The notes under the pieces are model-generated. The model had not been told where the DNA came from and searched no databases. It was given only the letters and a program-made list of their open reading frames with translations. A stretch of DNA of 62,790 bases, filler included. It is 4 parts of 4 records of this genome, joined end to end, with 100 filler letters (N's around TTAATTAATTAA, not from the genome) between each part and the next. Parts side by side here need not be neighbours in the genome. Positions count along the whole stretch, not along the records: positions 32,993 to 51,621 come from DRR723986_10253; positions 51,722 to 62,790 come from DRR723986_10263; 2 more parts are not named here. One strand, given 5' to 3'. Shown in pieces: positions 47,636 through 57,420 of this stretch. A program made the position numbers and the translations under genes. Each line of letters starts with the position of its first letter. Within the stretch, counting starts at the first letter, position 1.

Positions 47636-48358
47636 ATGTTCACCGGTAAAACCTATTGGCTGATCGGGGCCTCCGAAGGGCTTGGCCGTGCCTTGGCGGG
47701 CCTGATGGCGGCAGAGGGCGCGCATCTGATCCTGTCCGCGCGAAATGCCGAGAGGCTGGAGGCGCTCGCCGCCACCCTGCCCGATGCCCGCGCCCTGCCC
47801 ATGGACGTGACCGACAACGCATCGGTTCAGGCAACCGTTGCGGAGTTGGGCGAGATCGACGGCGTGATCTACTGCGCCGGAGCCTACGAGCCGATGACCG
47901 CGCAGGATTGGAACGTGGAAGAGGCACTGAAAGTGTCAGAGGTCAATTTCACCGGCGCCCTGCGCTGCCTTGGTCCTGTGGTGCCGGGCATGGCGGCGCG
48001 CGGCACGGGGCATATCGTGCTCATTGGCTCGCTTGCCGGGTTCCGGGGGCTGCCGGGCGCCATCGGCTACAGCGCCAGCAAGGGCGCGCTGATGCAACTG
48101 GCGGAAAACCTGTTCATGGACCTGCGGGGGACCGGCGTGAAGGTCCAGCAGATCAATCCCGGCTTCATCAAGACCCGGCTGACCGAGAAGAACAGCTTCG
48201 ACATGCCGTTCATTCTATCGGCAGAGGACGCCGCCGCGCGCACCCTGAAAGCGATGGAAACCCGCCGCTTCGCCACGTCCTTTCCTTGGCCGATGGCGGC
48301 ATTCTTCCGGCTTGGCAGCGTGCTGCCCATCCGCCTTTTCCGCCGGATGCTGAGGTGA
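47636..48358 (+). CDS. SDR family oxidoreductase
   Basis: IGASEGLG, YSASK, NPGFIKTRLT. Confidence 0.92.
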   Translation: MFTGKTYWLIGASEGLGRALAGLMAAEGAHLILSARNAERLEALAATLPDARALPMDVTDNASVQATVAELGEIDGVIYCAGAYEPMTAQDWNVEEALKVSEVNFTGALRCLGPVVPGMAARGTGHIVLIGSLAGFRGLPGAIGYSASKGALMQLAENLFMDLRGTGVKVQQINPGFIKTRLTEKNSFDMPFILSAEDAAARTLKAMETRRFATSFPWPMAAFFRLGSVLPIRLFRRMLR

Positions 48359-49294
48359 TCAGAGCCACTTCTTCCACTTGAACACCACATAGCACCCAAC
48401 CGCCGAGGCCAGCATCAAAAGAAGTGCCGCAGGATAGCCCCAGGCTTGCGTCAGTTCCGGCATCACCGCGAAATTCATGCCGTAGATCGAGGCGACCAAA
48501 GTCGGTGGCAGGAACAGCACCGCCACGACCGAAAAGATGCGCACCGTGGAGTTCTGAACCAGCGTGATCATCCCAAGCGTGGCATCCACGGTCAGTTCAA
48601 TGCGCGACGACAGGTAGTCGCTGTGTTCCGACAGCGCCTCGATATCGCGCATCAATGCCTCAACCAGTGACGTCACCGCCGCGCCGCGATCGCTCGACTC
48701 GAAAAAGCTCAGCGCGCGTTCGACCGTCAACAGCGCCAGCCTGATCCGCCCGATTGCCTCGCCCTGCTGTCCGACCTCGCGAAGCGTCGCCTGAAGCGCC
48801 TGCGCATCACCACTTGTCTCGGCCGAAAAGACCCGCCGCGCGGTAACATCCAGCACCCGCCCCGCCCCTTCCAACAGATCCGCCAGCCGCGCCACAATCT
48901 CTTGCGCCAGCCCCAGAAACAGCCGCTCGGGGCTGTCGATACCCGCCGATGTCTGCCCGGCACGCCCCGGATAGGTGGAAAACGGCCGTGGCCGGTGGTG
49001 GCGCACTGTGACGAGCCGCTCGGCCGTCAGAATGAAGGCCACCGGCGCAACGATCTGCGCGCCGTTATCGTCCTCTCCGGTCACCACCACGGTCAGAACC
49101 TCTGCCTCCTCGTCGCGGTACAGCCGGTTCGACAGCTCGATCTCTTCCATTTCCGCAAGGCTTGGAACGGCGATGCCAAGCGCGCTCAGCGAGCCGGTTT
49201 CTTCCTGCGACGGCTGGAACAGATCAACCCAGATCGCATCTGCCACGGTGGTTTCGACAAGCGCCTTGCCGCTGCGTCTAAAGGCGGTCAGCAC
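48359..49294 (-). CDS. corA: CorA family Mg2+ transporter
   Basis: PPTLVASIYGMNF, two C-terminal TM helices, FKWKKWL. Confidence 0.92.
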   Translation of the reverse strand: MLTAFRRSGKALVETTVADAIWVDLFQPSQEETGSLSALGIAVPSLAEMEEIELSNRLYRDEEAEVLTVVVTGEDDNGAQIVAPVAFILTAERLVTVRHHRPRPFSTYPGRAGQTSAGIDSPERLFLGLAQEIVARLADLLEGAGRVLDVTARRVFSAETSGDAQALQATLREVGQQGEAIGRIRLALLTVERALSFFESSDRGAAVTSLVEALMRDIEALSEHSDYLSSRIELTVDATLGMITLVQNSTVRIFSVVAVLFLPPTLVASIYGMNFAVMPELTQAWGYPAALLLMLASAVGCYVVFKWKKWL

Positions 49295-49554
49295 GCGCTT
49301 GCCCGTGCACCGGCAGACGGCTTTTCAGGGATTTGGCAGACCGGGATCATGATCGCGGCTTCATCTTCATTTGGACAACTCTCTTCAGAACGGCTCTCCG
49401 AAGCATCGGCACAGGAAACAATTGAACAGGATCACTATCCCCCATCTCGCCACATCTGCACAGCAAAATGCTGTTCAATTTCCCCGCCTGTGCCGTGAAC
49501 GTGCCACAAAGCCCGGTCAAATTCTGCGAACCTATAACCTTGAGGAGACCTAGA

Positions 49555-49683
49555 ATGACCCTTTACCTGGCCTGTATTGCGACCGTCGTATGCTGCACCA
49601 TGGGCGCAAATGCCCTCTACAAGTTCATCCTGTCCCGCCGCGAAGCTGCGGATGAGTTTGCTGCGGGCGCCGCAGAAGCGTAA
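49555..49683 (+). CDS. Candidate small membrane protein (42 aa)
   Basis: GAGGAG RBS, ATG, single hydrophobic helix MTLYLACIATVVCCTMGANALYKFIL. Confidence 0.5.
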   Translation: MTLYLACIATVVCCTMGANALYKFILSRREAADEFAAGAAEA

Positions 49684-49761
49684 TGACCGCAGCGCGCCAA
49701 CCCGAGGCGCGAGCAGAAACATGAAAACGGCATCTTCCGGGGTGCCGTTTTCCATTTCCCC

Positions 49762-50784
49762 TCAGGCGGCGCGGAAATCGCCGGGGGTCTGGCCCGTCCA
49801 GCGGCGAAACGCCCGCACAAAGGATGACGGTTCGGAAAAGCCCACCAGATACGCCGTCTGATTAACCGAGACCTTCCGCGCCGACAGGTAATCACAGGCC
49901 ATCTGACGGCGCAGCGCGTCATGGACCCCGCCAAAGGTCGCGCCTTCCTCTTTCAACCGGCGATACAGCGTCTGCCGGCTCATTCCCAGATCCGCCGCCA
50001 TCCGGTCCATCGAGATATCGCCCTCGTGCAATACCGCCATCAGCCGCGTTTCCACCTGCGCCTTGACCGACCCGTCACGCGCCAGATCCTCCAGCAGCTG
50101 ATCTGCGCGGCCAGAGAATATGCCAAAGACATAGCGGCTGGTATCTTCCCATTCGACCTCCAGCCAGGTGGGATCAATGCGGATCGCATTGCGCGCCGCG
50201 CCAAAACGCACGGGCACGCGATAAAGCTCCTCATAGGCGGCGGCATGCGGCGGGGCGGGGTAACTCACCTCCATTTCCAGCGCGAAATCCGCCTTGGGGA
50301 AGCTGCGCCGGAACTCTCCGATAAAGCGGGCAAAGGCGGTCTCGGTCAGCGCCGGAAAGCTGTTCGGATCGGGCCGATTGTCGACAATCCAGATCTGACC
50401 GTTTTCCGGGCTGACGCTATAGCGTTCCGCCCCGTTCATGATGTCGAGCTCCACCATCAGCTTGGCATAGCGATTGAGCTGCACCATCGAATCCGCCATC
50501 GAGGCCGAGGAATGCACGATCAACCCGACGATCGAGACCTCCTCCAGCTTGGTGCCAAGGCTGTAGCGAATGGGCAAAGCGCCATCGTCGGTCGCGGTGC
50601 AAGCGGCCTCAATCAGCGCCTTGTAGGCGCCAAGCGGCACCCGCGCGTCCTGATCGGACAGATCCACGTCGACAAGCCCCGCGGCCGCAAGCAACCCTGC
50701 CCGGTCCGCACCCTGCACCACCGCGTAATCCAGAAAACCCTTCACGATCCCCGCCGCAGCCGTGGGGCCTGTCGATGTAATCAT
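49762..50784 (-). CDS. AraC family transcriptional regulator (OruR/ArgR-like N-domain)
   Basis: LGMSRQTLYRRL and AYLVGFSEPSSFVRAFRRWTG. Confidence 0.93.
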   Translation of the reverse strand: MITSTGPTAAAGIVKGFLDYAVVQGADRAGLLAAAGLVDVDLSDQDARVPLGAYKALIEAACTATDDGALPIRYSLGTKLEEVSIVGLIVHSSASMADSMVQLNRYAKLMVELDIMNGAERYSVSPENGQIWIVDNRPDPNSFPALTETAFARFIGEFRRSFPKADFALEMEVSYPAPPHAAAYEELYRVPVRFGAARNAIRIDPTWLEVEWEDTSRYVFGIFSGRADQLLEDLARDGSVKAQVETRLMAVLHEGDISMDRMAADLGMSRQTLYRRLKEEGATFGGVHDALRRQMACDYLSARKVSVNQTAYLVGFSEPSSFVRAFRRWTGQTPGDFRAA

Positions 50785-50920
50785 GTCGTCATTCCAATCA
50801 CTTTGTCCCAGACCTAGCCGCGCTGGCACGAATTGCCAACAGGTTGGAACGCAGGGTCATGGCGAGGATACGAGCCTCGACCTAGATCGCTGTCATCGAA
50901 ACGCCCCAAGGACGACCCCC

Positions 50921-51088
50921 ATGAAATCCTGCCTGATCACCCGCCTGTCACGGCGGCGCTTTGCCGTTTGGGCCACGCCTTTTACCGCCCTTCCAGACCG
51001 GTTGCGCGCCGATATGGGCCTGCCCGAGTGCCCCCCGCACCTGCCGGTTCACCCCTTCCCCTTCCTCTCCCCCCTGATGAAACTCTAA
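50921..51088 (+). CDS. Candidate small protein with DUF1127-like motif
   Basis: AAGGA RBS; 55 aa; Arg-rich stretch followed by LPDRLRADMGL. Confidence 0.45.
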   Translation: MKSCLITRLSRRRFAVWATPFTALPDRLRADMGLPECPPHLPVHPFPFLSPLMKL

Positions 51089-51103
51089 AAAAGGATATCT
51101 TCC

Positions 51104-51484
51104 ATGAAACCTGTTTTGACCCTCTCCCCCCTGATGATCGTCGCACTGGTCTCGGCCTGCGCCGAAAGCGGCGCCAGTTACGCGCCGGTTCTCGATGGCG
51201 AACCGACCGCCGCCTATGCCGAGGATCTGCACGCCTGCCAGACGCTGGCCGCCAACCAGCGCCAATTCGACCGCCAGACCGCCGGCAGTGCCGCGCTTGG
51301 TGCGGGCGTCGGGGCGCTGGACGGTGTCGCCGATGACGACGTCAGCGATTCCGAAGGCATTGCCGCCGGTCTGGTCGTCGGCGCATTGGTCGGGGCTGCC
51401 GCAGGCGCGGGCGACGCCAGTGAGCGTCGGGAATCCATCGTCGTGGAGTGCCTGCGCGGGCGCGGCTACCGCGTGGCCGGATAG
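51104..51484 (+). CDS. Glycine-zipper lipoprotein
   Basis: Lipobox VSAC, DLHACQ, GAGVGAL...GALVGAAAG, CLRGRGY. Confidence 0.85.
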   Translation: MKPVLTLSPLMIVALVSACAESGASYAPVLDGEPTAAYAEDLHACQTLAANQRQFDRQTAGSAALGAGVGALDGVADDDVSDSEGIAAGLVVGALVGAAAGAGDASERRESIVVECLRGRGYRVAG

Positions 51485-51500
51485 CCCCGAACCCCCACCC

Positions 51501-51539
51501 CTTTCAGCTTGGTCGAAATACCTCCGCCGGAGGCATCCC
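51501..51539 (-). repeat. Short palindromic repeat related to the 37273-37407 element tail
   Basis: Minus strand GGGATGCCTCCGGCGGAGGTATTTCGACCAAGCTGAAAG. Confidence 0.6.
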
Positions 51540-51621
51540 GTCCTCACCACCGGGATATCCGCAAAATCCGGAAAACCACCCCCGCCTCCTACCCGTGGCA
51601 ACGCGGCCCTTTGAGGCCTCC

Positions 51622-51721
51622 NNNNNNNNNNNNNNNNNNNNNNNNNNNNNNNNNNNNNNNNNNNNTTAATTAATTAANNNNNNNNNNNNNNNNNNNNNNN
51701 NNNNNNNNNNNNNNNNNNNNN
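51622..51721. other. Artificial contig linker
   Basis: N-run + TTAATTAATTAA + N-run. Confidence 0.98.
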
Positions 51722-52402
51722 TTCCTGGCCCATGGATGCCCAGACATCGGTGACCAGCAGTTGGGCGCCCCGTGCTGCCTCTTCTGGCGCGCGCACAACG
51801 GTCACCCTGTCAGCATGCTGCTCGATCAGCTGTTGATCCGGTTCGTAACCCTCTGGGCAGGCAACGTTCAGGTGGAAATCGAAACGCTCTGCAGCGTTTA
51901 TGTACGAGTGGCACATATTGTTGCCGTCACCAATCCAGGCCACGGTGGCACCACGGATGCTGCCGCGAAGCTCCCGATAGGTCTGCATGTCGGCCAGCAG
52001 CTGGCAGGGGTGGAATTCGTCGGTGAGAGCGTTGATCACGGGCTTGCTGGAGGCAGTGGCAAAGCGCTCGACCGTTTCGTGGGCAAAGGTACGGATCATC
52101 ACCGCGTCGACCATGCTGGAGATCACGATGGCAGAATCCTCGATCGGTTCGCCGCGGCCAAGCTGTGTATCCTTGGGCGAGAGGAACATGGCGCTACCCC
52201 CGAGCTGGGTCATGCCGGCTTCGAAGGAAACCCGGGTCCGGGTGGACGATTTTTCGAAGATCATTGCCAGCACCCGGTTTTTAAGGGTGTCCCTAGTCTG
52301 GCCTGAACGCCACTCTTTGCGTAATTTGGAAGCATGATCGAGCAGATCTTCCAGTTCCGCCGTGGTCATGTCGTTCAGTGTCAGAAAATGTCTTGCTGCC
52401 AT
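51722..52402 (-). CDS. argF: Ornithine carbamoyltransferase, 3'-truncated by the contig end
   Basis: [26 protein letters not shown]. Confidence 0.96.
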
Positions 52403-52602
52403 GAAAGGCCCCTGTTTCAAGCAAACTGCCCGTTCGGAAAAGCCAACAAGTCTAGCCCGTCGCTACCCTGAAAACAACGCCGGGCGCGGTGCTGTTGTTC
52501 TGGGTCAAAACGGACGGTTTGTTGAGGCCTGAGGCACCCGTGTACAATAAGCGCAAAGGCCGTTTGGCGGCAAAGCTGACTCCCAACCAGAGGAATGAGT
52601 TC

Positions 52603-52929
52603 ATGGACATCAATGAAACCATCAAGAGCCAACTTGAAGAGAACCCGGTTATTCTTTACATGAAGGGCACCCCGCAAGCTCCGCAGTGCGGTTTCTCGGC
52701 ACGTACTGTTCAGGCTCTGATGGCGTGCGGTGAGCGCTTTGCGTTTGTGAATATTCTCGACAATCAGGAACTGCGTGAGGCCCTGAAAGTCTATTCCAGC
52801 TGGCCAACCTATCCGCAGCTCTACATCAACGGTGAGCTGGTGGGTGGTTGCGACATCGTTCTGGAAATGTCAGAAAGTGGCGAGCTGGCCAAGATGGTCA
52901 AGGATGCTGCGGGTCAGGCCGAAGCCTGA
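52603..52929 (+). CDS. grxD: Monothiol glutaredoxin Grx4
   Basis: MKGTP..PQCGFS, WPTYPQL, GGCDI. Confidence 0.96.
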   Translation: MDINETIKSQLEENPVILYMKGTPQAPQCGFSARTVQALMACGERFAFVNILDNQELREALKVYSSWPTYPQLYINGELVGGCDIVLEMSESGELAKMVKDAAGQAEA

Positions 52930-52941
52930 TCTCTCCTGCCT

Positions 52942-53706
52942 TTATGGCTGTTTCGGGGTGAACACCAGTTCCACCTCGAAACGGTCGGTAGCCTCCCCTT
53001 CCGGACTCGGGTAGGGGCTGGCTGCCAGAGCCGTTCGATAGGCGGCCTCATCAATACTCTGTACACCGGTCGATTTGATCACCCGGGCCCGGGTGAGGGC
53101 GCCGTTGAGCATCAGTCTCAGTTCCAATACCATGGACACTCTCTCTGTAAGCGCCGAAATTGCAGGCACTCTTTTCTGATCGAGTTTCTCGGCCAGGTGG
53201 GTGGCGAGCCTGATGAGATAAGGGTCGGTTTCGGTGGGCGACTCGGTAATTCGTTTGATAGTTTCCGGCGTGTTCGTTGGCTCGGAGACGCGTGCTGTAA
53301 GGGCTGGCATGGCCTGTGAGGCAGGGGATTCGGCGGTGGTTTCCCGGGGTCGGGTACTTTCGGCTTTCCGCTCCGGGGGATCTGACTGTGGTTTAGTAAC
53401 AGTTTGCGATTCGGGTGCAGCATTGGAAGCGGATTCGGTCGAGGTTACCACTGGCTCGGCCGACGGGATCTCGAATTCTGTGTGCCTGGGCTTTGACGAT
53501 TCCGGATTTGCCACGCTCTCGGGAGTTGGTATGGCTGCTGGACTGGTCAGCGTAAAGACCAGCCGGTGAGTCAGTCCCCGGGCCTCCTTCAGTGGCGATG
53601 GAAGCCCGGCCAGTACCAGAGTGTGAGCCAGTATGGCCAGGGAAACCGCCAGCAGGAGCCGATAGGATGCCGGCATTGAGGGTGAACGAAAACCCGTGTC
53701 CGGCAT
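52942..53706 (-). CDS. TonB/TolA C-terminal domain protein
   Basis: N-terminal TM with S..AH motif, Pro/Thr/Glu-rich linker, KSTG..IDEAA...ASPYP domain; start may be 53676. Confidence 0.75.
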   Translation of the reverse strand: MPDTGFRSPSMPASYRLLLAVSLAILAHTLVLAGLPSPLKEARGLTHRLVFTLTSPAAIPTPESVANPESSKPRHTEFEIPSAEPVVTSTESASNAAPESQTVTKPQSDPPERKAESTRPRETTAESPASQAMPALTARVSEPTNTPETIKRITESPTETDPYLIRLATHLAEKLDQKRVPAISALTERVSMVLELRLMLNGALTRARVIKSTGVQSIDEAAYRTALAASPYPSPEGEATDRFEVELVFTPKQP

Positions 53707-53711
53707 CTATA

Positions 53712-55919
53712 TCAGGCGGTTTTTGTGCGCAGGTTGCCCACGACGGCATTCAGGGCCCGGTCAATCAAGGCACCCTGTTCGAGCAGCGTCAGGCGGCCAC
53801 GGCGCATCTCATGAGCCAGCTCGACACGGGTCTTCTCGATGACTTTCAGGCCCATACGGTTGACGAACACAAAGCAGTCCGCTTCATCAATAATGGCTGA
53901 GAGCTTGCAGCGGAAGCTGGTGCCGTTGACCAGGCGGAACTCCACCCAGTTGCCAATTTCGATAGTGTCGAGTTTGGCTACGTATTCGGCAATCGCGGCA
54001 TCTTCCAGTTCCTGCTGCCGTTCAACGGCCGTCTGGTGCACGGTCGGGGCTTCGTCTTCGGCATCCGACGGTGCATCCTGACGGGCTTCGATGGCGGCGT
54101 TGGTCCGGAAGGCCTCAGCCAGCTCATGCTTCAGGTGGCCCATCATCTGATCAAGCCGGGTGGCGTTGTAGGAGACTTCCTCAAGTCCTGCCCGCAGTGA
54201 TTTCAACAAACCGGGTACAACGCGAACCCACTGGTCACGATCTTCATCTTCTTCATGGGGGTGCAGGCACCAGATCAGGTCATCCACGACTCTGGCTGTT
54301 TCGTGCCAGCGATGTTCGGTGTCGTCCTTCAGGTAGGCCAGGAACATAACCCGGCTCCAGCCATTCATCAGAATATCGCTGACCGAGTCCGGAAGCCGGT
54401 AACGGGATGCTTTTTCCCGTAACAGCCGGTCCACCTCTTCCTGGGCCTTCTGGGATTTGATGCGACCACGTTCCGATTCTCGTGTTCTTTGTTCCACCAG
54501 GGAGGCCTTACGGTTTTCCCGCTCCAGGAATTGCTCAAATTCTTCGTTCAGGGTTTCGAACAACTGTATGTTGCCATCGAATTCATTGAGGATTCGTTGC
54601 ACCACGTTGTGTATCTGACCGTACAGCTTGTCCCGGGTTTTCTCATCGCTGCTGCTCCAACCAATGCCTGCGCGGGCGAGGGAGTTGAGTAGTTTGCGGG
54701 CCGGGTGGGTTGCCTTGCTGAAGAAGCTTTTGTCCTTGATCACAACCTTCAGAATCGGAATCTGCAGGCGACTGATCAGCACCTGTACCGGGGCGGACAG
54801 GTTGTAGTCATCAAGGATGAACTCGAACAGCATGGAGACCAGGTTGATTAGGTCTTCATCCACTTCATTCAGTGCGGGCTGGCGACCATCTTGAGTGTCG
54901 GCTTTAGCCAGCAGTTGCTGAACGACCTGGCGCAGGTCGACGGTTACGGGCTCACCCGTGCTCAGGTCGTCGGTTTCCGGCCAGTTCTGCTGAAGCGGAA
55001 TGGCGTTGAGCATATCGGTCAGTTCCCGGCCTCCGACCACTCTCAGAGAGGGATCGGCACTGCGCGGGGGCATGCCGGCATTGGATCTTTGCAGAGCCAG
55101 CATCTGACGGATCTGGTCAAACAGTACGGTGTCTTCCGGGCGTTGATCGTAGCCGGCAGTCGCCTCGTTGGGGCTTTCGGTAGAGCTGTCTGCCGTTGCA
55201 GGTGGCTTCTGGCTCTGGCTCTTCTTGCCGTGATAACGGAAGTTCGGGATAACACCGGCCTGGATCAGAATGCGATTGGCTTCATCCAGGAGCATGCCCA
55301 GGTTGGAGATAACATAACGGTCAAATTGCTTGAGCAGGATCAACCGTTCGCGAATCTGGATATCGAGGGCCTGGATCGCTTCGGTAAAGGCGCTGCACAG
55401 GTGCTCCGGTGTCATCGGGTTGACCGGCGCCTGCTCGGTGGCGTCCGGATAGATCTCGGTAAATCGGGCTTGCAATTGCAGTAAAGGGCCCTGAAAGTGC
55501 GCCTTAGCCTTGGTGGTCATGGCGTTGAAGGCAACCTGTTCTTCCAGGTCGTCATTGCCGACTAGCGACAGAGTGTCGGCGCTGTCCTGCGGGCTGGCTT
55601 CGGTTGAAGGAAGCTGACCGGCGTGGGGTGGGTTGGCAAAGAACTGGGCAACCGTATTCTGAAAATGACGCTCTACGCCCTTGCGCTTGATGCGAATCTC
55701 GCGCATGGCTTCGAAGTAGCGGTTTTGTTCATTGTTGCTGCGGGCATTGTTGGCCAGTTCGAAGAGTGAATCATCGACGGCATCGAAAGCCCCCTGCAAC
55801 AAATCACCCAGCCCCGCAACAACGGTGTCGCGGATGCGGGCTACCTCCGCAGGAACCGGTCGGGTGCTTGCCGCTTCCCTGTGCTCGCGGAGGTAATGTA
55901 TGCCGGACTGCTTGTTCAT
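53712..55919 (-). CDS. DUF1631 family protein
   Basis: LISRLQIPILKV, HPARKLLN, GNWVEF...CKL...FVNRMG, LIDRAL. Confidence 0.85.
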   Translation of the reverse strand: MNKQSGIHYLREHREAASTRPVPAEVARIRDTVVAGLGDLLQGAFDAVDDSLFELANNARSNNEQNRYFEAMREIRIKRKGVERHFQNTVAQFFANPPHAGQLPSTEASPQDSADTLSLVGNDDLEEQVAFNAMTTKAKAHFQGPLLQLQARFTEIYPDATEQAPVNPMTPEHLCSAFTEAIQALDIQIRERLILLKQFDRYVISNLGMLLDEANRILIQAGVIPNFRYHGKKSQSQKPPATADSSTESPNEATAGYDQRPEDTVLFDQIRQMLALQRSNAGMPPRSADPSLRVVGGRELTDMLNAIPLQQNWPETDDLSTGEPVTVDLRQVVQQLLAKADTQDGRQPALNEVDEDLINLVSMLFEFILDDYNLSAPVQVLISRLQIPILKVVIKDKSFFSKATHPARKLLNSLARAGIGWSSSDEKTRDKLYGQIHNVVQRILNEFDGNIQLFETLNEEFEQFLERENRKASLVEQRTRESERGRIKSQKAQEEVDRLLREKASRYRLPDSVSDILMNGWSRVMFLAYLKDDTEHRWHETARVVDDLIWCLHPHEEDEDRDQWVRVVPGLLKSLRAGLEEVSYNATRLDQMMGHLKHELAEAFRTNAAIEARQDAPSDAEDEAPTVHQTAVERQQELEDAAIAEYVAKLDTIEIGNWVEFRLVNGTSFRCKLSAIIDEADCFVFVNRMGLKVIEKTRVELAHEMRRGRLTLLEQGALIDRALNAVVGNLRTKTA

Positions 55920-56047
55920 GGCCGACTCCTGTTTACGCCTCAACCGGATACATGACCGAGCCTGATTCTTGTCTGTTCTGATTATTGGATAAATTTAGCG
56001 CATTTTGATCTGCATTAACATGACTAAACGCTAACCTGCGATCAGGT

Positions 56048-57328
56048 TCATAAACTCCGGCCACGCTTTTTCTTGCGTTTGGGGTGGACAATGGCGGCTT
56101 TAACCACGTTGTCCTTGATTTGCAGGACTTCAATACGATGACCGCCAACTTTCAGACACACGTTGGTGTCCGGAATATTTTCCAGAGTTTCGGTGATCAG
56201 TCCGTTCAGGGTTTTCGGGCCATCGGTTGGCAGATGCCAGCCCAGGGTCTTGTTGATCGTCCGCACGGCGGCACTGCCATCGATGATAAAGGTGCCGTTG
56301 TCCTGGGGAATGATGTCGGGCGAGGTGGCGGCATAATCGGTGGTAAATTCCCCGACGATTTCCTCAAGAATATCCTCAAGCGTAGCCAGGCCCAGTACAT
56401 CGCCGTATTCATCCACCACAATGCCGAACCGGCGTTTGCCTTTCTGGAAGTTCAGTAGTTGGGTATTGAGCGCAGTGCTCTCCGGAATGAAGTAGGGTTC
56501 CTGGCACAGCTGCATGATCATCGCCTTGTTGATGTCTGCCTCCTGCAGCAGCCTGGCCGCGCTGCGAAGGTGCAGAATGCCCTGAATGTTGTTGATGTCA
56601 CCCTTGAAGATAGGCAGCCGCGTGTGTTGGCTGCTTCTGAGCTGGCGCAGGATAGTGTCTGTGTCGTCTTCCAGGTCGATGCCGACGACTTCGTTTCGGG
56701 GCACCATGATGTCATTGACGGTGACATTCTCCAGATCCAGGATGCTGACCAGCATGTCTTTGTGACGGGCCGGAATCAGTGCGCCGGCCTCGTTCACCAC
56801 GGTTCTGAGTTCTTCACGGCTGAGATGATCTTCCGAGGCCTGGGCCGAGGAGACGCCCAGAACGCGAAGAATGCCGGTGGTAAACAGGTTGACCGTCCAC
56901 ACCAGCGGGTACAGAAGTTTCAGCAACGGCCCAAGAATATGACTGGCCGGGAAGGCAATTTTTTCAGGGAACAGGGCTGCGAGAGTTTTCGGGGTGACCT
57001 CGGCAAAAATGAGGATAACGATCGTCAGCAGTAAGGTGGCAATTGCGATACCGGCGTCGCCCCAGAGGCGAATCGCGATGACCGTGGCGATCGATGACGC
57101 AAGAATGTTCACGAAGTTGTTGCCGATCAGGATAACGCCGATCAACTGGTCGGTTCGGTTAAGCAGGCCTTGCGCTCGCTGGGCCCCTTTGTGGCCGGTG
57201 TTCGCCATGTGTTTCAGGCGGTAGCGGTTCAGGGACATCATGCCGGTTTCAGAGCTGGAGAAAAACGCAGAGAGGATGATCAGTCCGACAAGTAGAATAA
57301 ACAGCGCGGTGAGCGATGTTTCGTTCAA
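56048..57328 (-). CDS. HlyC/CorC (CNNM-CBS-CorC) family transporter, YfjD-like
   Basis: SAFFSSSET, EVTPK, CBS pair, VVDEYG, CorC domain. Confidence 0.92.
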   Translation of the reverse strand: MNETSLTALFILLVGLIILSAFFSSSETGMMSLNRYRLKHMANTGHKGAQRAQGLLNRTDQLIGVILIGNNFVNILASSIATVIAIRLWGDAGIAIATLLLTIVILIFAEVTPKTLAALFPEKIAFPASHILGPLLKLLYPLVWTVNLFTTGILRVLGVSSAQASEDHLSREELRTVVNEAGALIPARHKDMLVSILDLENVTVNDIMVPRNEVVGIDLEDDTDTILRQLRSSQHTRLPIFKGDINNIQGILHLRSAARLLQEADINKAMIMQLCQEPYFIPESTALNTQLLNFQKGKRRFGIVVDEYGDVLGLATLEDILEEIVGEFTTDYAATSPDIIPQDNGTFIIDGSAAVRTINKTLGWHLPTDGPKTLNGLITETLENIPDTNVCLKVGGHRIEVLQIKDNVVKAAIVHPKRKKKRGRSL

Positions 57329-57420
57329 GAGAGCAGCCCTTATATTGAGGATAAGTTGCGAAAATAGGATTTGAAGGTAACAGGTGTCAAGCGGGTTAGG
57401 TCAGTAAGGGGGTTCGGGTC

